Source: Takakia lepidozioides (lineage: Eukaryota; Plantae; Bryophyta). Taken from it: 64,000 nucleotides of DNA. Every line of letters begins with the position of its first letter. Positions within the stretch are counted from its first letter, which is position 1. The notes beneath the pieces were generated by a model. That model was not told the origin of the DNA, did not search any database, and was given only the letters and a program-made list of their open reading frames with translations. Of this stretch, positions 23,501 through 36,131 are shown one piece after another. The DNA lies in assembly GCA_030704615.1 (NCBI GenBank), contig CM060733.1, forward strand, positions 55,366,001 through 55,430,000, written 5' to 3'. The translations under genes and the position numbers were made by a program.

Positions 23501-25716
23501 CCTTCTTTCGCCTCCACACATGCCGTTGAGAGGTGATGCAGTTTCTCCAATTGCATGGTCGGCTGCATGGCCCGAGAATAGTGTTTTGCAATCTCGGGGA
23601 TGAAGTCCTTTCCAAGTGCCGGATCTGCAATTGCCACCAGCTTCACAAGCTTTGACTTGTATTTGGTTCTGGACTTGACACCGGCTTCCTTCAAGTGCTC
23701 AGTCAATGACTGCAACGTTTTGACCTGCCCCTCACTTTCCATGAAGAAGCGTTTGGCATGGGCCAAATCCAGCTTGATGTTTGACTGCCAACAAAAACAT
23801 GCAGAAGCGTTACATTCGATTCATGTGGAAACATTACTGAAAATTGGGGAAGGATGAGCAGAGGGAAATTGGAGACGACTTACTTCGTATATCACCTCCA
23901 CCATTCCATCCATAGTGAGACGATACCATGTCCGGTCTGTTTTTGCAACGGCTTTCTGAATGAGCTCGGGCTCCAGCATTTCCGCAAACATCTGCGGATC
24001 AGTGAGACCAGTTTTCCTCACCCTGTACAGCATATGTGCCATGTGGGTATGCACGTACGCATTCTCAGTGACCCTGCAAGGCACACTCTCCAGTTCAGTA
24101 CACGGAAGCACGGAAACAAACCAGAATGGAAACCGAAATGCGGCACCGCATTTCGAACGTGCTAGGGAGGGTATGAGTATCTTACGAGTTGAGGTCCGCC
24201 ATGGCATTCTTGAGCAGGGAGGAGTCTGCCGCCTTCACCTTGAGGATGACACACTCCACCATGTAATGCCAGCCAATGTGCTTGGCATGGTTCTGCTTGA
24301 TGTACTCCCACCAGGCGAGAAGTCGGTGATTCCCGTCCCACACAAAGACATTTTACCCGACATATGGCCGAAGTCGGGATCACCCTTCAGCGTCGCCTCG
24401 AATTCGTGGTTGCGAGTGTGCCAGTGGGTATCCCACGTTGACAATTCATCGGCAGTGGGTCCACGAGTTTCGCCGTCCTCATTCTCAATGGAAACGTAAA
24501 ACGCTGCCGATCCCAGACGGTACCCTTCTCGAAATGCGAACTTGAGCTTATCCACATCTCCGGGAAGGGCCTGCCTGACGATGGGAAGGGAGACCATGCG
24601 ACAGAGTGGGATTCGAAGAGTCCGCTGGAATACCCTGCTGCCCAGAACTCTGCCAATGCTACTGTGTGTCTCCTCCAACATTTTATCCGCTGCACTTTTG
24701 AAATCCTCCGGAGACATGTCTGTAGGTGCGTAGTGGCTGAGCAGCTGGAGCATCCTCAACTGGAGCTGCACTCTGGGGCCTGTGCGGGCAATTCTGCCAT
24801 TGCAGAGGCCTCCTCCGGGCCTGCTTGCTCATCGGTGGTGAGGTCTTGCTGCGAACGTTCAGCGGCAGCACCCTCCTCCGGTACCAAATCGAGATCAACG
24901 GTCGATCCCATTGCCTTCGCGCTGCAGCAGAGTCGGCCCCAACATCTGCAGGCGGGAAATCCTCCAGGAACTGAGCTTCAGCTCGTGGAAGCGGTTTTGC
25001 GGAGATTGTTCGCCCGTCGCCCTGATTGCCTTCTGCTTCCTCATCCTTGCAGGTGAAGGTGTCTGCTGCAATTGAATCTGTCTTCTACCCTGCTGCTTCA
25101 TTCGCGTTGGGGGGGGTGAATCGGCCTGAGCCGGTTCAGAAGCCAGTAGAGGGACGGGCTGCTTCTTCTTCGACTTTGCTGGAGAAGGGCCCGACCCCTG
25201 CTGGCGATTCTCCATGACCGAAGAACGCGAGTCGATCTCTGGGACTTTGAACTTGCCCTTCGAAGACGCGTCTTTGAATCGCAGAGGGCTAGGCCCGGCA
25301 GGAATACCCGCGCTCGGGGATCGGGTGGGTGTACGTGCTGCAGCTAGCTCCTCGGACTCTTCCTGCGGCTCTTCGGATTCCTGCGATCCCTCCAGCACGT
25401 CCACCTTTCCTGTTAGGCATGCAAACATGTTCTGCATTCAAGTCTCCTAGCATTCAGTCTAAGAATTACAGAAGCAAAATGGGGGGTTCGGTGCTCGATC
25501 AGCTGCGCGCAGCCCGATCGCATGGAGCTCTCACTGGTGGCTGGGTTGCCTGAGTGGCCTGCTGCTCGGAGATGGCAATCTCCTCCTGTAGACGCATCTG
25601 CTTCCTCCCCTTCGGCATTGGCCTACGTCCGAAGTATAATTTCCGGAGCTTGCGACGAGGTCTCCTGTCTGGTGCACGAACTCCCCCCTCTCAGGTTCGA
25701 GCATAAGAAGAACAGA
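20515..25716 (-). pseudogene. ParB/Srx + N6/N4 MTase-like gene B (multi-exon)
   Basis: VWDGNHRLLAW (~24310-24345, after a frameshift), CDMIILDIPDG (~22000), RSPAFIQTIMETCTDVEGTVLDLICGT|GASMWA..RHLFAYE. Intron positions shared with gene A. Start approximate. Confidence 0.75.
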
Positions 25717-26053
25717 GAGAGGGAAAAGGGGCAAAGAGTGCAGATGGAAAGGGCGCGAGAGGGGTGACTGAGGAGACACGACAAAAGTAGATGAAACGGC
25801 GGTGATGCACCACTTGGGTTCGAAAGGGTTGGACGAAAGTGTCTCCTCGTGGAGTTTGCGTCATTACGAAATTCGAATCGTTGAGGGTACGCCTGCCGTC
25901 CAAAAAACAAACATCATTATCCAACGGTCAGGCCGCGCGCCTCATGCCCCTTCAGTCAGATAGAGTGCCGACATGTGCAGCAATTCCGTTGCTCCACGTG
26001 TTCACATTTCAAGGCATTTCCGTCCCAGCGTCTGATGAGTTGGAGCGAAAATG

Positions 26054-27681
26054 CGAATGCGGCGCCGCATTTCCGTTAAGTACCATCACTGCTACACATC
26101 CGTACTTGTTGGAAGAAAATGCGGCACCGCATTTCGTTCCACCTTCACATACCTTAGTTGTTGAACGGAAATACGGTGCCGCATTTCCGTCCCACAGCTC
26201 CATGTATGAGATTCAAAGGGAAATGCGGCGCCGCATTTCCGTTCTGGAATGTCGAAAGGTGCGATTGGGACGGGAATGAGGCACAACATTTCAGTTCCCG
26301 TGGTTCATGATTTTCAATGTGAACGGAAATGCGGTACCGCATTTCCGTTCCCACTTCACATACGTTAGTTGATGAATGGAAATGCCGTGCCACATTTCCG
26401 TTCGGGAAAGTATAGAGGTCTCACCTGGACAGAAATGCGGTGCCGCATTTCCGGTCTGGAAAGTTGAAGGTCTCACATGGATGGAAATGCGGCAACACAT
26501 TTCCGTAGCACAGCTCCAGGCCCATATACAAAACGGAAATGCGGCGCCGCATTTCCGTTCTAGAATGTCGGAAGGTGCGACTCGAACGGAAATGCGGTGC
26601 CGCATTTCTGTTCCCGTTGCGCACGATTTTCAGTCAGAATGGAAATGCGGTACCGCATTTCCGTTCTGTAGAGTATTAACGTCTGACGCTGCGGAAATGC
26701 GTGCCGCATTTTCGTTCCACAGCTCCATGCCTCACATACAAAACGGAAATGCGGCGCCGCATTTCCGTTTTGGAATGTCGGAAGGTGCGACTCCGACGGA
26801 AATGCACCGCATTTCAGTTCCGATGTTTCTCAGAACGGAAATGCGGTGCCGCATTTCCCTTTGCGTTCTGGAATGTTGGGAGGTGCGACTCGGATGGAAA
26901 TGCGCTGCCGCATTTCAGTTCCGATGGTTCACGATTTTCAGTCAGAACGGAAATGCGGTACCGCATTTCCGTCAGGTGCGACTCGGATGGAAATACGGTG
27001 CCGCATTTCAGTTCAGATGGTTCACGATTTTCAGTCAGAACGGAATGCGGTGCCGCATTTCCGTTCTGGATAGTATGAATGTCTCAAGCGGTCGGAATTG
27101 CGCGAAGCTGTCGGAATCGCACTCGGCTCCATGCATCAGATACAAAATGGAAATGCGGCGCCGCATTTCCGTTCTGGAATGTCGAAAGTGCGACTCGACG
27201 AAATGCGGTGCCGCATTTCCCCATAATTCTCAATCAGAACGGAAATGCGGTACCGCATTTCCGTTCCACTTCACATACCGTGCGAATGAAAATGCGGTAC
27301 CGCATTTCCGTTCTGGAGAGTATGAATGTCTTTTAAGGACGGAAATGTGCTGCAGCATTTCTATCCCTCAGCTCCATGCATCAGATACAAAATGGAAATG
27401 CGGCGCCGCATTTCCGTTCTGGAATGTCGGAAAAGTGCGACTCGGACGGAAATGCGGTGCCGCATTTCTGTTCCCGTTGTTCATAAATCTCAATCAGAAC
27501 GGAAATGCGGTACCGCATTTCCGTTCCACCTTCACATACCGTGCTTGCTGGATGGAAATGCGTTACCGCATTTCCGTTCTGGAGAGTATAAAGGTTTCCC
27601 CCGGACGGAAACTCGGTGCCGCATTTCCGTCGCTCTGGTGCATGACCAAGATGCAATACGGAAATGCGGCGCCGTATTTCC
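26054..27681. repeat. Palindrome array 2 (~32 units, period ~52-53 bp)
   Basis: 22-bp palindrome with ~30-bp spacers falling into ~5 recurring types. Confidence 0.93.
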
Positions 27682-28095
27682 GTCCACCAGCAATCGAAAG
27701 AATCACTCGGGACGGGAAATCTGGAACCTGAATGGGTTGCATTGTTCCGAAACAACACAATTGCGGCCAGTCTTGATGAGCACAACTTGGTTGTCTGACC
27801 GTTTTAACAGCAGTCCTGGCACTTGTCAGTGCGAACGTTCCTGTCTGCACCGAGAATACTGCTGGATCCACCCTCAGGAGAAACTGTCAGGAGATGTTAT
27901 TTCGTCGCCGAATCGGCCATCATTGTCATACTACTGGCTATGGAATCAAACCTCCCACCTTCATGCATGTAGCTTGAAACAATACTTCCACTTCAATGTG
28001 CGACTTCCAATCGTCGATGGACTCCGCAGATCCACTTAGATGGTGCCTGTGAGCCTTGGTCTGTCGCTATACTGAACCTCGCACTTGCCAACTCC

Positions 28096-31022
28096 GTGCG
28101 GTTTTTGGCTCCGAATTCCTACGCTATAGTTTGCTGTCCTCCGCAACTTGGGAGAGCCTGGATCCCAAACGAGGGAGGACTTTGCAGAGTGACTGAAACT
28201 TACCTTTGTTCCAAATTCAAGCTCAAACCGGGCACAGTTTATTTGGAAGAAGAAAGGAAGGATGTTCCTGGACAGGTTGACGAGACCATTGTCGTGCTAG
28301 GTAACGACGGAGGTTGCGGAATCGAATGGCACGTTCCCCCGTCAGACACCATCCTGTACCGAGCTGTGGGAATGCCCATTCCCTTTCCGAATCAGTCGCT
28401 GCCCACACCATCCACAAAGGAGTCCGGAAACCGAGAGGCGGCCACTGCCAACAGAGAGGTATGCAACGATAATCATTCCCGACCTGGACCGTCAAGACCC
28501 TCCATAGCTTCTCGTGTGGACGTATTCGACATTTCCGACGAGGAAGATGATTGCATTGAGGTACCCATGTCCTCCACACGGTCGTTCCCGGCATGGACGT
28601 CTCTGTAGGTGCTACGCATGTGCCCTCGAGCATAACTCCAACCCGGTCCATTGTGCAGCTCCTACGACAACATCACCTCGATGGTTCTCGCTCCGAGCTG
28701 GCTGCTCTCGACTATGCCAAATTCCCAGTCAGAAAGGTAACTTTTCTGCCTCCCGAAGTCGATGGCAATGTCATCTTCGAGTTTCCACCTGTTTCTTCGT
28801 CAAAGAAAGCCTCCGGGATGTTAACAGACATGGATCGAAAGCATGACGGACACCCCTGGTGTGTGACGAAGACCAGTAGCACGAAAATTGCTGATGGTGT
28901 TCGTGTACGATATGTCCTCTGTGCGGGGAAGCTGAGGTGCCTCAATCCCACCTGCTTCCACTTTCTCTCCAAAGGAGGCGAGAAACGAGACGGATTGGAC
29001 TGGCACAACGCATCATCCATTCATTGTCTCCAGCCAAGCTCCTGCGGGTTCTTTCAAGTGTGCACATTGCAAAGAACCACCGACGTGCATGTCCATGTGC
29101 AGAGCCAAGCAATATTACGTTATCCATTTGCTCCCGGACTTGACTAGAGCTTGCATACACGTTGGGGTCCACTGCCACCCCTTGGCGAGAGGCAACATGC
29201 GTGAGGCTGTGCAGGAAGCACACGACATCATAAAAGAGGAGGTGAAATTGAGCCCCGGAGCCAGACCAAAGCAGATTCAGCTGAAGGCAGCCCACAAGAT
29301 TGCTCTTGGCAAAATCATGTCTGAAGATGGTTCCGACCGAGAGCCCTTGACCGAAGACGAGATGCGTGACCTCTTGGAGTCCGTCTCGCACGTTTGTAGT
29401 CCGAATGTGCGGAATCACATCGTATCTTGCAAGCAGGAGTTCGGCAGGGGGTCGGACATGTACTCAATCCTGGAGGTGAAACGAATGACTGGATATGACT
29501 ACATCCAAGGTAGCAGGTTTCCAGGGCAAGGCAGCGAATCCGATCGTTGTTACATTTTCAAAATGTCGACGTGTGGGCCTGGGAGTGGAGTCGACTTGGT
29601 CACTCGCATGACAACTGGAAACTTGTCGAATGCTTGGGTGATGTTTGATCACATCAAGCGAATTACAAACCATCAGTGGGTGACTATGGGTGCGCATGTT
29701 TATGACTATCACTCCAAGAGGCTCATGACGATTGCAATCTGCGAGATGAAAGGGGAGGACACACAGTCCGAGATGCATCTGTGGGAGGGCATAAACGAGC
29801 AGATGGCAAGGGCGGGATTGCCAGAGCCCAATTTCAGGGGATTCATGGCAGACAACGCTCAGGCCAACTGGGCAGCGGTGCGGCGTGGTACGGTGAGGAC
29901 CCCAATGTTCCAATGGAGGGGAAAGAGAGATCCTGTGGATTCCATTGGATGCAGAGTCTATCCCACTACACTACCAAATTTGTTGCTAGCTCATTCCAGG
30001 CTGAACACCGTGTCCTTTGTACGGCGTGGAAGGATGCACCCACATTTGATGACGCGGAGGTTAAGTTTGCTATCATCGAGGCTTGGTGGAACACGTCAGG
30101 TGCAGTGGAGACAACCAATCTGGGAGCATTGCACAGCTGGTTGGGGTGGTGGCATTTTCGGTATCGACAGTTCGGACAGTACATGCGGGGAGGTAGGCTG
30201 CTGTCAATTTCGTTCATTTGTCTTTCTGTTACGGACATTTCGATTGGTCCCTCACATTTTTGTGTCCTTCTAGGAGCGGTGCTTGGATTCCGACACGGAC
30301 ATGCCGAACACGAATATGGCAGAATCGGTCCACTCCTCTGGCGAGCGTCTTCTGCCGCACATCTGGTGGACGTAGTGACGGCCACAACGGAGGACATCGA
30401 CAGAGCAATCATGCAGCAAGCCACGTACTACAAGTTCCTGAGCGGCAAACAATGGGGCTTTGGGCCGGACAGGGAGGAATTGTTGGTACGAACAGCTTCG
30501 AGGTCCAAGAATCCAGTGAAATGGGCGACAGCATTGCGAGAGAAGATCAAAGGGACGCCTCTGGCACCGCAGTAGGTGAACACCTAGAGGGGGACGTCCG
30601 GACTCGCCCTGTCAGGCGGAGGATTGAAGAGGAACCCGGGTGCGAAGAGGATTCCTGGAGATCCGACAGGAACATTCGGACAGCACCTCGAGGTCCCGTC
30701 ATGTTGCCGCACAATGTGTCTTCCAGCAGTGGAAGCCCAAGAAATTCCAGATCGCCGTCGCCTTCAACCGGGGATTTCGTGCAACAAATTCCCACCGCTC
30801 CCTTGCCCCACATTCCGCCCGCTGTTATGCAGTATGGCCAAGCCATTGTGGAGACGACTGTGTCTGCCTCACAGTGGAGAATTGCTCGCACAAAGCCGTC
30901 GTTTCGAGGAAGGTGTTCCGCAATTCGTGTGGATACACGGCAACGTTGTTTAGAGATGATAAGGAGGAATCCAGATGGGGCTGTCCTGCTCCTACTTTAC
31001 AGGAAGATTTGTCCATGCAAAG
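28096..31022 (+). pseudogene. Mutator-like (MULE) DDE transposase with GCM-like N-terminal zinc domain
   Basis: DGHPW..C.GKLRC.N..C / C..KQY / HVGVHCHP (GCM-like); WVMFDH, GFMADNA, CGFHW and NTNMAESVH (D, D, CxxH, E). Frameshifts present. Confidence 0.75.
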
Positions 31023-32996
31023 TCCCCACTCTCACAGAGTGTAGCTGCCAGCCTGAACACCTCAGCTGGTCTTATTCCCGGCGTCGCAATCATGGTAGCC
31101 GAGAACAATGGAGCCTGGCACACAGATGTGGCCGCTCCTAACAGCACACTAGCTGCCGTAGCCTTGGCAACACTAGGTAGTGGTGTTGCCCGTGTAGCTC
31201 TCCCCAATGGCATAGTAACCTCCGCCTCGGTAATAGTCGGGCGAGAACTAGGTGCCATGGATGGCGTCGACACTGTCTCCGCCAATGTGAATGACTGAGG
31301 AAGCCTAGCCTGACGGCTTGCCTCCCCACGCTGTGGATCCAACTCCACCTCTGCACCTCGTGGCTCAGGAACTCGTGCTGCTCCTCGAGTCACGGCTGCA
31401 GCAGACTCCACCTGCACTAGTGGTAGTGCTGCTCCACACATGAATCCCATGCCTCCCATATCTCCTCCTCAGGAACAGGAGGTGGACCATCCGGCCTTAG
31501 AGCCGGTACCACCTGAGCTGTAGCCATGGCAGCGAGCCTCTGCTCTAGCTGCTGAAGCCGGTTGGCCATGCCTTGGTCAACACCCTGACCTCCGCGTCCT
31601 TGGCCACGTTGAGCTTGCCCTTGGCCTGCACCTCGTGGCTGGCCACCTCGTCCTCTCTGGGCTGCTCCACCCTCGCCCCCGGCCACCATTGTTCCCTTGG
31701 AACTGGCCTGGGCGCAACTCAGGATGCAAACTATAACACTGGGCCTCTCATGCCCGTGCTTGCCACAATGCCCACACTGCAACTGTGCAGGCTGTGCATG
31801 TGCCGACCCTTTGCCTCCCTCTGGGCAATCCTTCTTGACATGGGGTCCTCCACATGTCCAGCACACCACATCCGCCCGTTGTTGGCCAGCAAATGAAGGG
31901 AGAGACCCCTGCATCTGAGGTCCTCTCTGCCCTTCCCTAAGCTTCACCTGAGCCCCTTGTTGCCTTGAGCACGTTGAGGTAGTGGTTGGCTAGGAGCACC
32001 ACTACCCCGTGGTGTCTCCTTAGCAAATCCCACCATGACCACTCGTTCCTCCACCATGTTGAGCTCTATCCGCTCTGCCAGCAAAAAACACATTTGTTAA
32101 GGTGGGTTGGGCCGCTTGTAGGAGAGTTGCATCCCGCACCCTTCTCCTCAGTTCCTTGTCCAATATCCCATACCAGAATTGGACTGCCTGAGCTTCCGTA
32201 ACCCCTTGGGTTACATTTATCAAGCGCCTCATGCGAGTGAAAGCCTCCCTCAAGCTCTCGGTCGGCTTCCGTTGGAACTCTTGCAAGCTCCGCAACTTCT
32301 CTGTCCTCACCCCTTGGTAGTTCCCTCTCAACTCTTCGAAGAACTCCACAACAGGGTTGAAGGCAGGCACGGGTGCTAGTGCTGGTGCGTAGTAGTAGCT
32401 TGGGTGGATGTCGTAGCTACTGTACCACCTGTCCCACTGCTACTTGCTGAAGCTGCCGGTGTAGCGGCAGGTGTAGCCATTGCCCTCGTGGCTCTAGTGC
32501 CCCTAGTGATGGAGACATAGTTGGGTGACCAGTACATCCTTCACTCCTCGATCTCAACCTCATGCCCCGCCTGAACTCATGGTAATCATCCATAGGCGGC
32601 CCCTCAAGGTGCTGAAACAGCCCTTTCCATGCCATGAACGGCGTAAATAGTTGTGGATTGCGCATTTGCTGCAAATCACACCAACTATCAAACTCTTGGA
32701 TAAAATCATCCAACTCAATGGTGCCCACCGCCCCAGAGTACCTTCGTGGCCCTTGGTAGCTCCATACATCTCCTCCATTGTGTCCCACAACAATGGCAAA
32801 GAAACAACTTGCACCGCCGGTATGAGCCCTCCTGATTCACAATCCGAATCAGAACCTTCTGTGGAAGACACAGGAGGTGAAGGTGGCCTAAACCGCACAC
32901 CTCGTCGTGTACCCACTAGTATCGCTAGTGCTCGAACCGGCACTGTCCCAGCAACTAGTGGCACCTCCGTGTTGACACTCAACCGGTCATGAACAT
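31023..32996 (-). pseudogene. gag region of Gypsy copy 1
   Basis: Collinear with 14552-16523; zinc knuckles present. Confidence 0.85.
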
Positions 32997-33239
32997 GTCC
33001 CTAACCCCCTCTCCACAAGGTAACCGGGTAGAGAACCTGTTGCGGCTTATGGTTTGGAATACTAAGTTCCTAACATAGCCTACACCTGAACTTGCATGAC
33101 CATGGAATATCATGAAGATACTCCTCAAACCGCCCTCCACGAGCTTCAAAATTCGGCCTTCCAGACCACATGTCAGTCCTTAGTCCACCAGTGCCTCCAC
33201 GAGTCAGCATAGGCCATCCACAGGTCAACACGGGCCACC

Positions 33240-34262
33240 ACAGACCAGCACAGGCCCACACAGCTCACTGGTCACAGCCGTCACAGTCCCACAGGCCACT
33301 GGGCACATCCTGTCACAGCCCCTCACAACTCGTCACAGCCTCAAAGGCCTCAGGCACAGCCTGTCACAGCCCCTCACAGCCCGTCAAGGCCTCAGCACGA
33401 CCTGTCACAGCAGCCGTCACAGCCTCAAAGGCCTCAAGCACGGCTGTCACAGCCCCTCATAGCCCATCACAGCCCCAAAGGCCTCAGGCACGGCTGTCAC
33501 AGCCCTCACAGCCCGTCACAGCCCCAAAGGCTCAGGCACGGCCTGTCAAAGCCCCTCACAGCCCATCACAGCCCAAAGGCTCAGGCACGGCCTGTCACAG
33601 CCCTCTCAGCCCGTCACAGCCCCAAAGGCCATGGGCACGGCCTGTCACAGCCCTCACAGCCCGCAGCCCAAAGGCCATGGGCACGGCCTGTCACAGCCCC
33701 TCACAGCCCGTCACAGCCTCAAAGGCCTCAGGCACGGCCTGTCACAGCCCCTCACAGCCCGTCACAGCCCCAAAGGCCATGGGCACGGCCTGTCACAGCC
33801 TCACAGCCCGTCACAGCCTCAAAGGCCTCAGGCACGGCCTGTCACAGCCCTCACAGCCCCAAAGGCCATGGGCACAGCCTGTCACAGCCCGTCACAGCCC
33901 CACAGGCTCAGGGCACAGCCTGTCACAGCCCCGCACAGCCCGTCACAGCCCCAAAGGCCACTGGGCACAGCCTGTCACAGCCTGACACAGCCCGTCACAG
34001 CCCCACAGGGCACAGGGCACAGCCTGTCACAGCCCATCACACCCCCACACAACAGCCTGTCACGCTTGCCACAGCCTGTCACAGCCCGTCACAGCCCGTC
34101 ACAGCTGTCACGTGCCACAGCCCGTCACAGCCCGTCACAGCCGTCACCTGTCACAGCCCGTCACAGCCCCCAGGCCACGGGCACAGCCGTCACAGCCCCA
34201 CAGGGCACAGGGCACAGCCTGTCACAGCCCATCACAGCTTGCCACAGCCTGTCACAGCCCCA
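33240..34262. repeat. GTCACAGCC-based minisatellite in the Gypsy 5' leader
   Basis: Dozens of tandem variants; a short version occurs in copy 2 (17230-17339). Confidence 0.9.
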
Positions 34263-34789
34263 CACATGGCCGCTATGGCAGTTTAGCCATTTCTCCAAGG
34301 GGTTTAGCCACGCCAAGCTAGGGTTTGTGTCTCTTGGACTCTAGGCTTCTTCCACCGAGCTATGGTGGCTGTGAGGAAATCAGCAAGGTATCCTTGCTCT
34401 TTCGGCTCCCCACACCACCATAGTAGCCCTAAGCCATGAGGTGGTTGCCAACAACCAAGCCTTCTTTCTCACTTAGCCTCCCCAAACACGCCACTAAACT
34501 CAATGGAAACAACCAAGCACTGCCACTAAACTCAATGGCAAACACCAAGCCCTGCTGGTTCCAGCCTTGTGAGCACTCATTCAAGCACTTCCCTCATTGG
34601 CCATAGCATCTGTCTTAGAGCCTATTCCAGCCCTCTACACCTGTTGCTTCAAGAGTTGCGCTCCCTTCAAGCTTGAAGTTGAAACCCCAACTCACATAGG
34701 CCCTACAAGTGCTGTTCTTTCACTCTAAGTGGAAACCAGCCCTAGACCTTCCGTTCTAGCTCTCTAAGGCTTGAAAACAAGAGCCTCAA

Positions 34790-35115
34790 TGGGCTGAAGG
34801 CATGCTCCACACATGCCCCACTCTCACCATAAGAGAATCAGCTCCTTTGCTTCATTTCTTGCACCCACAAACCTGATAATACAAGCTTCAGCAGGCTGAA
34901 AGCATGCTCTACATGCCCTACAGGGAAACCAGCCCCTTCCTTCCTTTCTTGCACTCCCACACCTAAAAGTGCAAGCCTTCACGAGGCTGAGAGCATGCTC
35001 CACACATACATTGCCCTCACATAAGGGAAGTCAGCCCTTCCCTCTTCCTTGCTTGCCCTCCAAGCTGGATGAATACATTCTCCACACATGCAACCTCTTC
35101 ACACAGATATCAGCC
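34790..35115. repeat. Degenerate ~100-bp tandem repeats in the Gypsy leader
   Basis: Recurring GCTGAA.GCATGCTC..CACATG...CAGCCC units (3-4 copies). Confidence 0.55.
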
Positions 35116-35786
35116 CCCTATCTTGGCTCCTTGGCTCCTTGATGCTCTCTATGACAAGACTAAGCACTCCATAGCCTTTGCCAAGCTCCTGAAACCCTAA
35201 GGCTTACATTTCCAGCCACAAGACACTTCTCTTGTGGTGCAAGAACTCTTCTTCCAAGCTCTGAAACCCTAGGTGCACATTCCATGGCCTTGCCGCACCT
35301 CTTAGCTCCTGTTCCAGCCCTGTTCTTGCCATGACAAGAGCCCTCCTCTCAATGCTGAAGCTCGAGATTGAAACCCAATCTCACCATACTCCACAAAGTG
35401 CACTGATTTGCCCCAAGCAAAATCAGCCCTTTCGCTTGGTCTTGCAATCCTTCACACAATGAAAGCTCGCATTCCAAGTCCAGTTCTCAGCTTTGCCACC
35501 AAAGCCACTATAACCTGCTCTTGACTGGTCCTCTTCCCAATCGTGCTTGCTCATGCATGTACACAATCTGGAACCATCAAGGTGCTCTGGAATTACCTGC
35601 AGCATGGTGCTTTCTCTCTGAAGCTGAAGATCGAATGCCAAGGTCTACCACCTCGTAACCCACATCGCCTCCGCTTCTAATAACTAAGAGCTCCACGGTG
35701 CTCCTTGCATAACAACTTGGTTTCTCTCATTCTCAAGCAAAAACCACAAGTGCTACAACTAACTCGTATGGCACTTACAGATACGA

Positions 35787-35802
35787 GCTGATCTTTCTCG
35801 AG
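35787..35802 (-). promoter_or_regulatory. Self-priming primer-binding site
   Basis: Abuts X1; complementary at 15 of 16 nt to LTR positions 35973-35988; no tRNA-type TGG start. Confidence 0.7.
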
Positions 35803-36131
35803 TGATAAAGAAGAAGAAGAATACGAGCACAAGCTCATGCGAGCTCACAAAGCTGAAGCATAAACTCATGCATATATAACCTCATCACTCAAATACAAGT
35901 CAAGCCAAGTGCACCCCACGCCATGGGGGGAATCCACACTACGGCGCCATAGCTAGGCGCGGTGAGGCTCAACTCGAGAAAGATGAGCCTCCCCGCTTGC
36001 CGTGAAGAAACCACTCCAGGGCCTAAATCTGCCTTGACCCCTGGATTGACACTTGGGCCAATCCCAAATATCAATATGTAAAAGCTAGCTATTTCCTAGC
36101 TAGTTTCACACTAGTGGTAAAATAACTTGAC
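35803..36131 (-). repeat. Terminal repeat X1 (5' half-LTR, ~329 bp)
   Basis: Near-identical to 1341-1667 and 8500-8816; no Y segment on either side. Confidence 0.9.

Larger units (their letters stand above)
17345..31022. mobile_element. ParB-MTase element, copy B: Mutator-like element with cargo genes and palindrome arrays
   Basis: Conserved end block at 17345, paralogous ORF pair, two arrays, ParB-MTase gene (-) and MULE transposase (+). Right side truncated at the Gypsy junction. Confidence 0.65.
1152..36131 (-). mobile_element. Gypsy-type DNMT/PHD retrotransposon copy 1 (segments 1152-7451 and 31023-36131)
   Basis: gag-PR-DNMT-RT-RH-IN order. The two segments are collinear with copy 2 except for ~7 missing bp. 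Flanks cctc|TGTC ... TTGAC|cctc give a probable 4-bp TSD inside intron 1 of gene A. Confidence 0.88.

Noticed and set aside
26054-27681. CRISPR array
   Set aside because: Spacers recur in a higher-order cycle, there are no cas genes, the context is eukaryotic, and the same motif occurs singly in introns.
26376-27731. 451-aa ORF and overlapping ORFs (also 19618-20180, 33170-34344, 37788-38153)
   Set aside because: These are translations of palindromic or tandem repeats, open in several frames and on both strands.
1152-36131. DIRS/Ngaro classification based on split repeats
   Set aside because: No tyrosine recombinase was seen; protease, DDE integrase, PPT and a probable TSD are present.
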